Below, piece by piece: positions 15,330-28,340 of a stretch of 64,000 nt of DNA (its first letter is position 1; every line of letters starts with the position of its first letter). A program made the translations under genes and the position numbers. Source of the DNA: Auanema rhodensis (lineage: Eukaryota; Animalia; Nematoda); NCBI GenBank assembly GCA_964057225.1, contig OZ059895.1:15314001-15378000 (forward strand), given 5' to 3'. The notes under the pieces are model-generated. The model was given only the letters and a program-made list of their open reading frames with translations. It was not told the origin of the DNA and made no database searches.

Positions 15330-18300
15330 TTACAACTCTTCGTCATATTCTTCATCATCATCATCGGCACTAGTTGCAGAAACACTATTCAGAGGTTTAT
15401 CTTCGCCTCGAATCGCTTGCTCAGCTAAGATACTTAGTGGATCTTTGTCCGCATCATCATAACTTTTATCCAATCGCGAACTACGCCGTTGACCAACGCG
15501 GAAAATTTTCTCTTTTTTCGCGGGTGGCTCTCCGGAATGGGATGTGTGAACTGGAGTGGGAGCTGGGACAGAAACTGAAGCGGAAGAAGTCGGAGCGGAA
15601 GAAGTCGGAGCAGAAGCCAGCACTGAACTTTGAGCTTGTGATGAAGGTGCTAGAATCGTAGGATTCAATGCTCTTGCTGGTGCAACAGTAGGGATTGAGG
15701 GTCTGGTGACAATCGTGATCGGTCTGGGTGGAGCAGACGAAGAAAACGTTGGCTTAGGTAAAGATGTGGTTGGAACAAGAAGAGATGATCCAGCTAGCGG
15801 CGTCGAGGTAGCCAGGGGATTAGGTATGCATTCCTAAACATGAAAATTAACTTTTGAATCAAAAAATTTCAGTTTACATTCATTGGAGGAGAGAATTTGC
15901 TTCTATTTTCCAAATGTGATGTTGAAGAATTTGCCTAAAAGTCAAAAAATAAGAAATATTTGCTGATTTTTGGTAATTACCACTACAAATTTGGTAGGTG
16001 CAGGTAATGCTGTTGGCACAACGGGGCGAATGTTATGCTTGATGAGACGATGAGGTGGGAGACGTGATGCTTCCTGAATAATGCAATATTATTTGTGAAT
16101 TACACATTTTATATAAAAATACATCTGCTCTAGATGGAAGTAAGCCAGTTGGGCGCATGGGGTTTGGAGCAGAAGGTGCTGGCAACTTGCTCATAGTCGA
16201 TGATGAAATATACGAAGTTGTCCCGGAAGAGGATGAAACATTTATAGGCTCCGGTATCAGCTTAGGGGGACTATTAAGCACAGAACGACCCTGAAATATA
16301 AATTAAGAGCCAGTGTCTATATAAAACCTCACCTGATACTGCATTTTCAAAACTTCTCCTAAAGGTTTGTCCTGAATACTAGGAGGCAGTTGTGAAAGAT
16401 CGAGAGTTCCTGTAGGAATTCCTACAGTACGACGGTTTGTAGACATACTATCTGGAAATCAACTGATTACATCTAAATCTCTAAGCTATAAAACATACAA
16501 TTTCTTTGAATCCCCCCTCTTACTGACACTGTTTGAGAACGTGCAACACCAGGTTGTCCCAGAGGAGCAAAGCTTGCAATTCGTTTTGGATCATTGATGG
16601 CCATACCACGATACACCGTTCTCTGTTGTGGAATAGCAGTTCCAGGTGCTAACGTAGAGTAAGTAGTTCTCACGGGCATTCTGGAGATTTAATAAATAAG
16701 TACCATATTCTATGAAAAACATACATAGACGATCTCGAAGGTGGAGGGATACGACTTCCGGTTACAAATCTTTGGTTCGGAGGCAATGTTGAGTGTGGTT
16801 GAGTCATCGGACTAGGTTCCCGATCTTCAACTAACTCTTCTTCAATTTTATCCTAGAAAGAACATTATAAAATCATTTGAAATATAAAGCCTTACATCCA
16901 GTATACTAGCAGCAGCCTTCTGATCTTCCTCAATCTGTTTTCTCTGTAGTAGTGTTGTTTCCCTTGGAACATGAGCTCTGGGGTTGTAGGCAGTCATGTT
17001 GGGCATGTTCTAAAAAAACAGAATTTCGACTATAATTCCCGATCATGTTGCTTACATAAGTTCTCGGAGAAGGCTGAGGTCTAGGAGGTTGCTGCGTAGT
17101 GAACAAGGGTCGCATCTGTTGAGTGGGTGCTGAAGGAGGTCCTGGTCTTTTCATGGCTTCATACGTTCTTGCTTTCATCTATTAAAGTAAATATGAAAAG
17201 AAAAGAAACCAATTGAACTACCGGCATTGGGTTAAAGGGTAAAGATGGACGAACAGGCCTTGATAGACACATCGTTGGAGTTCGGCTGACGGCAGATCGA
17301 TGAGTCTTCTCGGGGAAGTTTTCTCTATTGAATGGACGACACCTAAACATAACAACAATATGAATGGAATTGGAACAGAAATCCTACCTAGCAGCCCGAT
17401 AAGTATCAACTTCACGCAATCTCTGAAAAGAAACATTCATACTCAATTTTAAGGTGGACTAAACTCACACTTTGAACGGCGGTACTGCTCTGAGTAGTTG
17501 GCGACATGACCATTCCAGGGATTTTAGGATTCGGATAAGGAGAATGGCGAATTCGACCCCTTCCAGCACGAATAGCACTCTGCAATTTAGAACATTAACA
17601 AGGTCAAAACTCTTTAAACCTACGATATCAAAGTTCTGGCGAATTTCGTTAGTTAGATCATCATCACTATCATAATCGAAAAAGTACTGAAACGATATAA
17701 GTAAATGACACGCATACAGATATAAGGACATACCGGACTTGGAGACACATCCGATGTTGGCTGAGAACCTAAAGAACAGAATTAAAGATGAGACAAACAG
17801 ATTGTAAGAAAGCGGAAATACCTCTTGTAGAAAACCCGCCAATACTGATCGATAGCGGATAGCGATGAGATGCTTTATAAGCTGAAACAGGAAAACATTT
17901 TAGTGTTTTTTAACTGGGAATACTATATACCATGAACAGCACACAGATTCTTGGTGGGATCATTGGTGTTCAACACCACATTATCACACGAATCACATTT
18001 ATTGAAGAAAGAATTTTTCCGCTGTGCAGAATAATCTAAAGCACAACAGTGATAAGAAAAACTATTTTAAACTTACGGAATGTACAGAAAGAAGACCCAG
18101 GAAGAGCAAATTTCAAACATCTCATACTATTTTCCATTTTTATTGGGATAAAATCATCTTCCGCTACTGATGAAATAAGCTTGCCCATAACATCACTGAT
18201 AGCTGCGGCGTCATCTGACTCCGCATAAGAACAGTAAGCTGCTTGCTAAACAAGAATTTTATAAATTACAAAATAAAAGCTGTTTCTTACGGAAATTATA

Positions 18301-19157
18301 TGTTTCTTCATGGCTTTCAAGCGTTTAGTCATAACTGTCTGTTTATTATATGATCGTTTGGCTAAATAGTCTTTCAATTGAGCATTATCCAAACTAGCTC
18401 CTAATTTCAAATAATTAGAGAAGAAATCTATAATATAATCTTACTCTTTTTCTTAGCTTTTGTTGGCTCTAGACTACATTCAGCAGTTCTTCTTGCATTT
18501 TCTATCGTCATTTCACGGTAATTCTCAAGATGCTTGATTTCTCTTTGCAACAAAGATATGCGAGCTCTTAATACTTCTTTATCCGTAAAAACACCGGCAT
18601 TTCTAAATGAAAAAAGTAATAATAGAAAACTCCGAAATAAAAACTAACGTTATAGGAAGCTGTGTATCATCTTCCGCGGATAAGAAGAATACACTATCTT
18701 GTTTGGGAATAGCCCAGTGACTACATGGACGTAAGAAATCATCTTCATCACTTAAGCATAATAAAAGTTAAAATAGAAGCAATCGAATAGTGATACCTGA
18801 CGACTTCTTCAGTTTGAAGAACTTTTCTATATTTTTTCTTTTGACCTTCTAATGATAAACGAGATTTTTCTTTCAAGTAACGACGTTTCAAAGTACAGGA
18901 CAATTTTGTGTGCTAACAACAGATAAATTACTAAAATATTTTTAAAGCACACTCACAAGTTCACATTGTCCTGCATTTGAAGCCAATTCTTCTTTCCTTC
19001 TCACTTGACGACATTTAATCAAAGTTCGATTACCAATATAGGCACATTCAGCGTAAACATTTCGATCATATTCATTCGGAACTAAGCATGCTAAAGTTCC
19101 AGATGATGCTAGATATTGATCGGGAGGTCGCGATTGTTGATTGGTGGATACAACCAT
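15330..19157 (-). CDS. sumv-1: zf-C3Hc3H protein, KANSL2/INO80D-type (sumv-1-like NSL complex subunit) with long Pro/Ser/Thr-rich C-terminus
   Basis: ATG directly after TTCTTCAG-A. Exons give YAECAYIGNRTLIKCRQ...CELH, later KCLRFALPGSSFCTF.. and CDSCDN...LCAVH, resembling KANSL2 C3H fingers. Multi-exon; stop at 15330. Confidence 0.7.
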
Positions 19158-19427
19158 TCTGAAGAATGAGGAGTTTAAAAACAGAGATGAAGCACATTAG
19201 AGAAAAAGAGAATTAATAATTACGTCAAAACATTTGTCAAATTGTTGAATATTGAATATATCAATAAGTATAAATTTTCTTGTAGTCATTGTTTAAAATA
19301 TATTTATGCGAAATCCACAATAGAAATAAAAATATTTGTAACAAGTTATATGTATAATTAAACCTTAATTAATAACATATTCAAATTAATTTCAAAATTC
19401 AAGAATTACACCAAACAAGCGTCAGCC

Positions 19428-19505
19428 CAAAAATAAATGCGCAAGCTTGGGCGCGTGTTGTTTGCTTCTTAATAGTTACTGAATGTCCGGCTTCGTTGAA
19501 CGGTT
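19428..19505. promoter_or_regulatory. Probable sumv-1-like gene promoter core
   Basis: CpG-rich patch (GCGTCA, TGCGCA, GGGCGCG) ~270 bp upstream of the ATG. Confidence 0.45.
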
Positions 19506-19608
19506 TTGTGAATATGAATAGAATTTTTTCTTTGTAGAATACACATTCAATAAACAAATAAGTTGAAACTTCATTTTGATGAACATAAACATAACATGGT
19601 TACATTGG

Positions 19609-19643
<35 letters not shown>

Positions 19644-19975
19644 TATATACATACATGAATATATACAAAAAACTATCAAAACACTACGAAAAACAAAATA
19701 ATTAACACGTTTACTGATTTTTATGTGTGAATGGCGAAAAAGGCTGTATTTCTTAATTTCATATGATTAGAAAAAAAGAAAAAAGTCAACTTCTTAAGAG
19801 AAATAGAGCTGAAAGAAATAAATAAAAAATTTTTTTATTCTAGGAAAAACGACGCACTCAAAGATGACAAAAATATATTAAAGCATGGACAAGGGGTACA
19901 GTCTGCATGCTGTCAACAAGCATAAACTTCATGGCAGAAGAGATAAAAGAAATGAATATTCTACCTTTAACTCTT

Positions 19976-22900
19976 TCAAGTCCTGGCTCTTTTCCTGGAT
20001 CTAGTTGTCATAGTGGTCGTTGGTGGAGTAGCAGGTGGTGCGACAGCGCGACTGAAAATAAAAAATTTAGTTTTTCATGAAATATGGTCAAAAACATACG
20101 ATTTACTCGTGCTTTTTCGTACAGGACTTTTAACAGGACTTTTAACAGGGCTTTTAACTGCAGTTTTAGCAGCAGTTTTACCAGCAGATCTAACAGCAGT
20201 TTTGACAGCAGTTTTGACAGTAGTTTTGGCAGTAGTTTTGGAAGTAGCTTTGACAGTATTTTTAACAGGAGTTTTGACAGGAGTTTTGATAGGCTTTGCT
20301 GGGCTGCTAACTTTTCTTTTCCTTCTAGGTCTTTCTGGAGTGACTTCCATTTCATCGTCGCTTTCTTTCTCCTCCTGTTCTTCTTCCTCCTCTTGTTCCT
20401 GCTCTTGCTCTTGCTGCTCTTCTTGTTCTTCCTCGTCGTCGTCATCATCATCATCACCATCATCATCATCAATATCATCTTCACCGCTCTCCTCATCACT
20501 GCTCACCGCCTTTCCTCTTCTAGTAGCTCTTCCATTTTTGGTAGTTTTTTCTTGTTTAGCAGTTTTATCTTGATTATTTGCCTTCCCTCTTTTGCTGCCC
20601 TTTCGCGAAACATTCTTTTCTTGTTGGTTCTCCTTGTTCTTAGTTGCATTGCTGACTTTTGTCTGATTATTAGCTTTTCCAGGCTTGCTTTGACCAGGAT
20701 ATTTCACTTTGGTAGGTAATCTACCCTTTCTTTTCTTTTCATCTTCAATCAAGCTTTCAGGGGCGTAAACCTTAAAAAAATAAATTTTAGCAGGAAATGA
20801 TGAAAAGAATCTAACCTTGTTATCGGATTTTTTCAATGTTCCAAAATAATATCTCGGTAACAATGGCTTCAAAGCATCGTTCTTTGTTTGAATCTTTCCC
20901 CTGTACACTAACATAATGATGGCAAGATCAGTTAAAGCCCACAATTTCTAAAAAACATAGAATTTAAAATTAATTTTGAAAGCAAACTAAAAACCTTGTT
21001 CAATTGGTCATATTCTTCTTTTGTTATTTTCCCTTCTTTATATCTAGATTCAGCACACGAATCTGTTGATAGTCTGAGCTTTTCTAAACTTCGGAAGATG
21101 AGTTCGAAATTGAAAAATGTCTTGTTTGCTATATAACGATCCATGATGTACCAAACACATCTATAAATATATTAATTCACTTTAGCATACATATGAGGTA
21201 AACTGACTCTTGCATATAAGCTAAAGCTTCAACGTCATCATACGTTGTAAGGAGTGAATTTTGAGCAAGAAGAAGTAAAGAATAAGCAAGTGCATATTCA
21301 GGTTGGTAATATGGTAGAACGTCTTGGAAGGAAATATTATTAATAATAAGAAAATATAATTTTCTTACTTTCATTTAAGCCAACAGAGGTAATCATTCTA
21401 ATACGACCAACAAGAGCAAGGCCTAAACTGGTCTGAGAAACCTTTCGGAATCTAAAAGCAATAGTAAATAGGATGAAAATATTTTTTAAAAAATATATAC
21501 TTTTCCACTTTTTCATCATCTGAATTTTCAGTTGCCAGCAAAGCATATAAAGCGTAAAATTCGTTTGGTAATCGATGTCTTCTAAGACCTTTCATGAGGT
21601 GCTGCTCGAAATAGACCCTAACACACAGTGTTGAATCCTGAAAACAGTATAATAGCCACTTGTTCAAGTTAAAAAACCTACAATAATCAAACTTCCAAGA
21701 ATTGCTAATCTATCTGTTCCTAAAAGCCTGCTATATTTCAAGCGATAACACAATTGTAGAAGAGCTGTACCCGAAACAGCTCGAAGGAGGGCTTTTTCAA
21801 TATTACTGAAAAAAAAAATCTTATTGTAAAGTAATTTAAACACAATTTACCTTATTCTATCATTTTCAGTATGTATTTCTCCTCCATTTTGAATACAACC
21901 AATAAGCATTCCTATAGTTTTATTGGCTAAAACATCGAGATCTGCATCACCATTCAGAAATCGACACAACAGCTTCAAAGCATAAATCTATAAAAAGGAA
22001 CAAGTGTCAAAGAAAAGCAATGGGTTTTCCTAACCTTAGTTAAGGTATATTTGGGCATTTTCTGGTTTTTTAGGCTCAGATCAGGATCCAGTTCCATTGG
22101 ATCATCAGGATCAGAGGCATTGCTAAGGATTAACTGAAATATAATAGATATAGTAACTTCGGGAACATTAACGAGTAACCTTAAGTATAGTTTCTGGAAT
22201 GAGATATTTAATCGTTTCGGAAACGTCGGCAGGTGAAATATCGGAACTAATATATGATAAAACTCGAAGAGAATTTATACAAGCAGGATTTGTAATATCG
22301 AGTCTTTCAGTCAAAGTCTAGAAACACGAAAACAAGAATCAAATTAGTTTTGTTAAAGAGCACATACCGGAATGATTCCCATAAAACGGCCCTCAGGGCC
22401 AGTCAAAACTTCTTTGGTATCAATTCTACACATCAGTTTACAAGCCAGCTTGGAAACATGATGAAATGCGGGATCTTCAGAAGTAACGAAACTCCAGGTT
22501 TGCTGTAAGATTAAAGTTAAGTTAAAGTTTAAAACAAACAAAATCTTACTTCTCCAACAGAAGAAAAGCATTTCATTTCTTTAACTTTATCACTATATTT
22601 AGTAAAAATAATGAACAAAATCTTCAAACTAGCTTCAACTGAAAAATGGAAAAAATAAGAAAAAAACTTCTAGTATGATATGGGCTTACTAGTATAAGTA
22701 TTAGAGGAATGAAGTAACTTTTCGAGAAGAGTGATAGATTCATTTGTTGCAAAAAGGTGAGTATAAGCATCAACCCAGCCATGAAGAAGAGTAATTGCTG
22801 AGCGCATCTTTTCCTCGCCGTCTGCCTTACCACAAGATGAATCCAAATCCCATTTGATCATATTACGAATAAGTTCCTAGAAAAATTAATTTGTGATTCG

Positions 22901-25610
22901 AAATTCTAGAGAAATATCTTACTGTTGCAGATTCATTATCCATTATAAAGCACATAAATCTTTCAATGAAATAACGAATAGTTTTCGTTTGTTCCTTAGG
23001 TATATGACGACTTATGATCAAATTTAGGAGATCTTTCTATACAGGAAACAATAAAAATACTACTGAAAAATAGAAAACTTACTCCATTCTTCTCTAATTC
23101 TTCTGTTGTATACTCTATTCCAACTATATAATTTACTAAATCAAAAGACCGGGGATCAGTAGCTAAAATATTTGTAAACTGGCGCATAGCCGTAGTAAAC
23201 TGTAAAGCATTATTATATTTATGTTTTTAGAATAAAGCTTACAGCATTATTATCAGTTTGTACGGAAGCTATCTTCGCGATTTTAGATTCAATTTCTTGA
23301 GCTTTGTTAACGCCTTCTCCTTCTCTTGAGATAATATCTAAAATTTCGATCATGATCCTTCGATACGCTGCATTACGAGTGAGGATGTTGATAAATGCTC
23401 TGAAGGAAGTCATGAGAAGAACAAAGAAAAAAAACAATTCTTACTCTTTCGAAAACTGATTCAACTTGTAAAATAAGTCCATCATGAAAGGAATCCTTTT
23501 CTTCGTATTCATACTTTTAGGAATGATTAAACCATGGAAATATCGCTCCAACATTGCTCTGTAAGTTGGAACAAAACTGATAAAACAAAAAAATAATATC
23601 ATACCCTTCTTCTTTATATTCCGTCATACGAGATGTTGTATACTTGAGGTATAGACACAGAGCTTTCTGAGGAATAATAGACACAACTTGACGATCCGAC
23701 GCTGTATATTCATCACCACAAACTACTTTACAATGAAGCCCTAGCAATTTTAAAAACGCTTCCTGGCGAATTGCAGCCTGAAAAGGAAGATATTGAGCAA
23801 GGTCTCCAAGGAAGTTAAAACCTTCTTATCTAATAAGCGCTGACAGCACACTAAAATGAGATTTTCGTTAATTGCTTCAAGCTTGGTGCGTGCAGTAAGT
23901 ATAACATTAGTCAAAGCAGAGAGACGAACATCATCATCTGGATCTTTCAATAATCGGAATAGGCAATCTGAAATTGAACATATTAGACAACATTCCAAAC
24001 TTAAATAGGAACATACGACTTAGATCTCCTCTAACTTGGCAATGATTAAGTAATATCTTACAAGCTTGTTTAGCGAATTCTTCACGAATATCACGGAATG
24101 TGTCTTTGTGTCTAATAAATCAAATACTTTATTAAGAAATTAATATAAAACTATTACCTGTCTAAGAAAGTTTTCCATACATCTGGTTGTGTATCGAAAA
24201 TATCACATTTAGGATGCTTGAGCAAACAACTCATAGTTTTCGTTGCAAATAATCGAGCTTGAGGATCTTCATCCTGAAGATAATTTAAATTACTTTCTGC
24301 CAAATAAGCTGTTTAACTAACTATTAAGAATCCACTTAATTGAGGAATGACAGGATTGATAAGTTCAGGAGCTACCATATGAAGCTCAATAATAACCTCG
24401 TGAAGTTTCCTTTTACAATTACCAACTAATTCACATTCCATAGGCAAGCCGCCAACGACCAATGATTTAATTAGCAACTAAAGTAATAAAAACAAAATAA
24501 AATAAAAAACTTATAGGGCTTACTCGCTCAATAGGAGATTCTAAGGCAGTATGAGATTGAAAAATAGATCTAACTACGTTATAAGGCTCACGGAAGTTAG
24601 ACTGAAGAAATAAAATAAAACTTTAAATGTTCATACAACTAACTAACCTTTTGCGGGTTGATTAAATAAAAAAATAAAACATCAAGCACTGTATTTCCAA
24701 CGTGATCAAGCTCAGATAAAAGCTTCGTACTGATTTGAACAAAAATTTGAACCATCTTAAGAAACAGAATAAAGCTTTTGCAATGTCTTTTATGATAACC
24801 TTCTCTTTTCTTCCTTGCGCGTCATCATTATCGTCATCTCTTCCCTCTTCATCTAGTTCCATTGATCTCTCTCTCTGTGGTGCCCAATGCTGAAAATGAT
24901 TGAATATTAATGAGTTCAGCATAAATACACCTACTTTGCTTTTCATAATTTCGAGACAGGTTTTAATGAAATGACGAGCAACACTATTTGCATCTTCACT
25001 GGGTAATTCGTTATACAAGTGTAAGGTATTTAGAGAAGAAATATTCTGAAAATAAACAATTTCCTCTTATAAACATATATTTTTAGGGATAGTCATGCCT
25101 CTAGTAAGTAGAAACATTTACGGAACGTTGGACCTGACGGGTCAGCTAAACCTTGTAAACTACTGATTATAAATAATAATACATTCTATAAAACGAATTA
25201 TAAAATTTAAAAATTAGAAAACATTGAAAACCTGTAATGTAGAAGTTTCACACGAGGGAACATTTGGAGCAAATATACGAAACAAATCAGCAATGCAACA
25301 TGCAAGATATACACGGACATCATTTTTGTCACAATTTAAAAATCTTTAAGAAAAATTTTTCAAAGTAAATCTACATCAAATACTTACTCAGTATTACATA
25401 AATGTCGAAAAAGTGATTGATATCTGTTTGGGTTACCCACTTCTTCATTACTATCTGCGTCTGAAAGCGCTTCACTGAGGGTCTGTAAGGCGGAAATTAT
25501 GCGACGCTTGTTATAGTTTAATTTTCAACCTTAAGGTTTTTGGCTAATTCACTTCCTTTTTTAGTAAATTCTATCGGTGAAACATTAGCTGGATATTCCA
25601 CATCGGACAT
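19976..25610 (-). CDS. evl-14: Sister chromatid cohesion protein PDS5 (HEAT repeats)
   Basis: MSDVEYPANVSPIE...; LACCIADLFRIFAP; FYLLEN; LLKDPDDDVRL...CCQRLLDKK; YQPEYALAYSLLLLA; MWALTDLA. Many small exons; acidic and K/T/V/P-repeat tail. Confidence 0.93.
20121..20298 (-). repeat. Coding 12-bp tandem repeat (~15 units) encoding K-(T/S)-(P/A/T)-(V/A) in the PDS5 tail
   Basis: acaggactttta / acagcagttttg / acaggagttttg units; protein KTPVKTPVKNTVK...KSPVKSPVKSPVRK. Confidence 0.9.
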
Positions 25611-25823
25611 AACGCTGAGAGAATTAAATTTTAAAAAGTAATCTATATTTTGAAATTAAAGCAATCGCATAAGTACAAGGAAATTTGAATTTAAAATAAT
25701 CTTCTCTGTAAGACCACCATATGTTAATAAACAACAAAATGTGAACAAACATTTCGAAATTATAAATTTCTATTAAATATTCATTTAATCAAAAAATCTT
25801 AATATGAAAATTAGATACAAAAG

Positions 25824-25935
25824 TAAGGTGCATTAAGCATGCCATAAATCTACCAACTTTTCGTCGGCAAGATATATACGCTTGTAAACAGCATGCGGAC
25901 TATGGCAAAGTCTATGCTTCATAATCAACACCTTA
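25824..25935 (-). ncRNA. Candidate structured RNA element (three-way junction), unassigned
   Basis: Five nested helices with G-U wobbles on the minus strand; see findings. Confidence 0.3.
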
Positions 25936-26419
25936 TATGTTTCTTATCTCATTATTAGAATTCTGAGTTTATTTATCAATTTGGAATTATTAATCTTATT
26001 CTCATTACAATGAATTGCTAAATAATAATTATAATTTTGTTTTCTATGTTGTTCTATTTGTCATATAAGCTACTGTGTCCATGATGAATATAAACAACTC
26101 TTGGTTATTTGAATGTCTTTAATCAGAACTAATAAAATAAAAAAATATAATAGCCATAATATTGAAAACAAACATAAGGAAAAGTGAAATCTAAGAAAGT
26201 GGATGAATTAATTTAACATATGCCTTTTGCCACTTATATCATACCCTTATAAGTTTAAGAAATATTTATTATTTATGATTGGTATGGAACACCGGTACTA
26301 ATTAAGCCGTAAACGCAAAAAAAAAATACATCTTTTCCCTACTGTTAGAATTCAAAATTACGGAATGCATATCACATTTGGTGAAGCAATGGCAACTTCT
26401 GGCTATTCTAAATGACCTC

Positions 26420-26983
26420 CTAGTGATGCACATCCTCTGGATGATTTTTCTCGTGAAGCAACCTATGCTGCTTAGCGATTGGGTCTTCAATGATATGTAG
26501 ATAGTGGTGATTGACAAGTCTTGATAACTACAAAATACAAAACCGTTATATAGATAGAAATGAAGAAAAAACCTGGGTTGTTTGGGCTGTAAAGTTTGTA
26601 AGATGACAAGCAAAAAGTAAGAGATTTCTGGGTTGTACGTGCCAGGCAAATCTGAAAACGCTTATTTGTATTCAGAAAATAATAAAATTGTGACCTCATG
26701 AATACTGAAGAATATATACAAAGAGCACTTGTCATAGGACCACTGATCATATCGGGGCTTTTCTAAACAAAAAATTACATGTTAAAAAGTAATAAAATGA
26801 TAATAAGTACATGCAAATAAAAACAAAATATAAAAACATTACCTCTAAATCAACTAAGGCGGCCAGTGGAAGTCCCCAATTCGCTACAGGCCCCCAGAAA
26901 TGAGTACTCATGAAGTACGAACGCCATTCGGCAGCTGTGTGTCTTTTGAAGTATGCAACTACATGACCCGCGACTTTAGACAT
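26420..26983 (-). CDS. mpc-1: Mitochondrial pyruvate carrier 1
   Basis: Four exons: [60 protein letters not shown]. Confidence 0.95.
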
Positions 26984-27237
26984 CTGCAAAATACCAAACT
27001 TTAATTCAGCTTCCACACTACTAATTAAAGAAGAATACGAAAAAGAAATAAAACATCAAAAGCGAAACAACGAAAATGGTATCATGCCATCATACGATCG
27101 GAAATACGAGAAAGGTATAAAGGAAGGAACATTTTGGTCTCAAAACGATTTGAACCAAATATATTTTAATGCCTGGTCCTGTTGATTCTTTCGAACTCCT
27201 GCTTCGAGGTTAATTGTTATTCGTTAATTATATAAAA

Positions 27238-27880
27238 ATGAGTTATAATATAAATAATGATCCCGATATGCAACCTGGTCCTCAGCGAGGTAGCTTCAAT
27301 CAACGTAGTAACTGGAGGCCTGCAAAGCAAGGTCAGTAGAATTTATTTTATTTTATTTTGTTTTATCTGTCTGAAACAGTTGTTCTCAAAATTATTTTAG
27401 GTTGGGTTAATAGAGGACGTGGTGGAGGTGGTGGAGCACGTGGGGGAGCACAATTCGCTAGCCCTTATGAACAAGAAGCTCGAGGTCCCCAAGATAATCA
27501 GCGGAACAATAACTATAACCACAGGGGACAGCGCGGCGGTCGATGGAACAACCGGTGAGATATTTTCTGATGCCATATTCTTTCGTAATTTCCATGTTAC
27601 AGTGGTGAATTCCGAGGTAGAAATTTTTCTCGTGGAGGAGGTTACAGAGGGCGCGGTGGCAACAGCGGGTATGGGGGTCGAGGTGGCTTTAAAAACCAAT
27701 CTTATCCTGAGGTTAGCTTTTTTTCAAGATTTCACCGTTCTCTTTCTGAATAGACTACATGGTAACTTTCAGCATACCGAAGAACAATTCAATCCGAAAC
27801 ATTATGTTATTCCGGCTATGATGGGGAACCCCTGGGCCAAATTAGAGCAGCATCATGAGAAGGAGAAACAAAGTCAATGA
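27238..27880 (+). CDS. RGG-rich small protein with MPLKIP/TTDN1-like C-terminal motif
   Basis: Exons 27238-27331, 27401-27554, 27603-27711, 27773-27880 splice in phase. RGG/RG repeats are followed by HYVIPAMMGNPWAKLE (cf. MPLKIP YFKPSMLEDPWAGL). Confidence 0.75.
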
Positions 27881-28235
27881 ATGGACTCTATGACTCAAAC
27901 ATAGCATATTACTAGTTTGCTCCGAAATTGACTTATTCTGATTATTTTTATCGTTTTCATACGGGACTTTGTAAATAACACAATAAAGCTATTTGTATAT
28001 TACAGCGCTTGAATAAAACAATGATAAAACGACCAATATTCTTAGATATACCTGTAGCGATCGGAAGCAATCACAATAGAACGACAAAGCTCAATAAGTT
28101 TTAAATAGTTTGTAACGTTCCTCATATATATTAATTAAAAGAATAATGGACTTTTTCGATAACTTGGCGTGAACATATCTATCCTGAAACACAGATATAA
28201 ACCTAATTCTGCTAAAATTGACAAAATGCAATTGC

Positions 28236-28340
28236 CGTGCGCGCAGCGTGTTACAATTCGAAAAAATCCGACCGTGCACACGTAAACTTCTGAGACGAAT
28301 AGCATATTCGCGCATACGTGACGTGAACCACGTTACTCGT
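28236..28340 (-). ncRNA. Candidate two-domain structured element inside a GT-AG-bounded segment (28367-28184)
   Basis: Stems ACGAGUA/UAUUCGU and CGUGUGC/GCGCACG with internal hairpins; could instead be a DNA regulatory element. Confidence 0.3.

Noticed and set aside
19224-19289. Upstream ATG exon for the sumv-1-like gene
   Set aside because: Splicing to the 19158 acceptor is out of frame and hits a stop
20013-20719. Long plus-strand hydrophobic or Ser/Phe-repeat ORFs (186 and 211 aa)
   Set aside because: Antisense shadows of the repetitive PDS5 C-terminal exon
25824-25935. Telomerase RNA, hammerhead ribozyme or snoRNA identity for the folded element
   Set aside because: No CUAAGCC-type template, no CUGANGA/GAAA core, and no C/D or H/ACA boxes in the right positions
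27419-27880. 153-aa Val/Glu-rich ORF in the track
   Set aside because: Wrong frame running through introns; only the last exon is real, and the spliced RGG protein explains the locus
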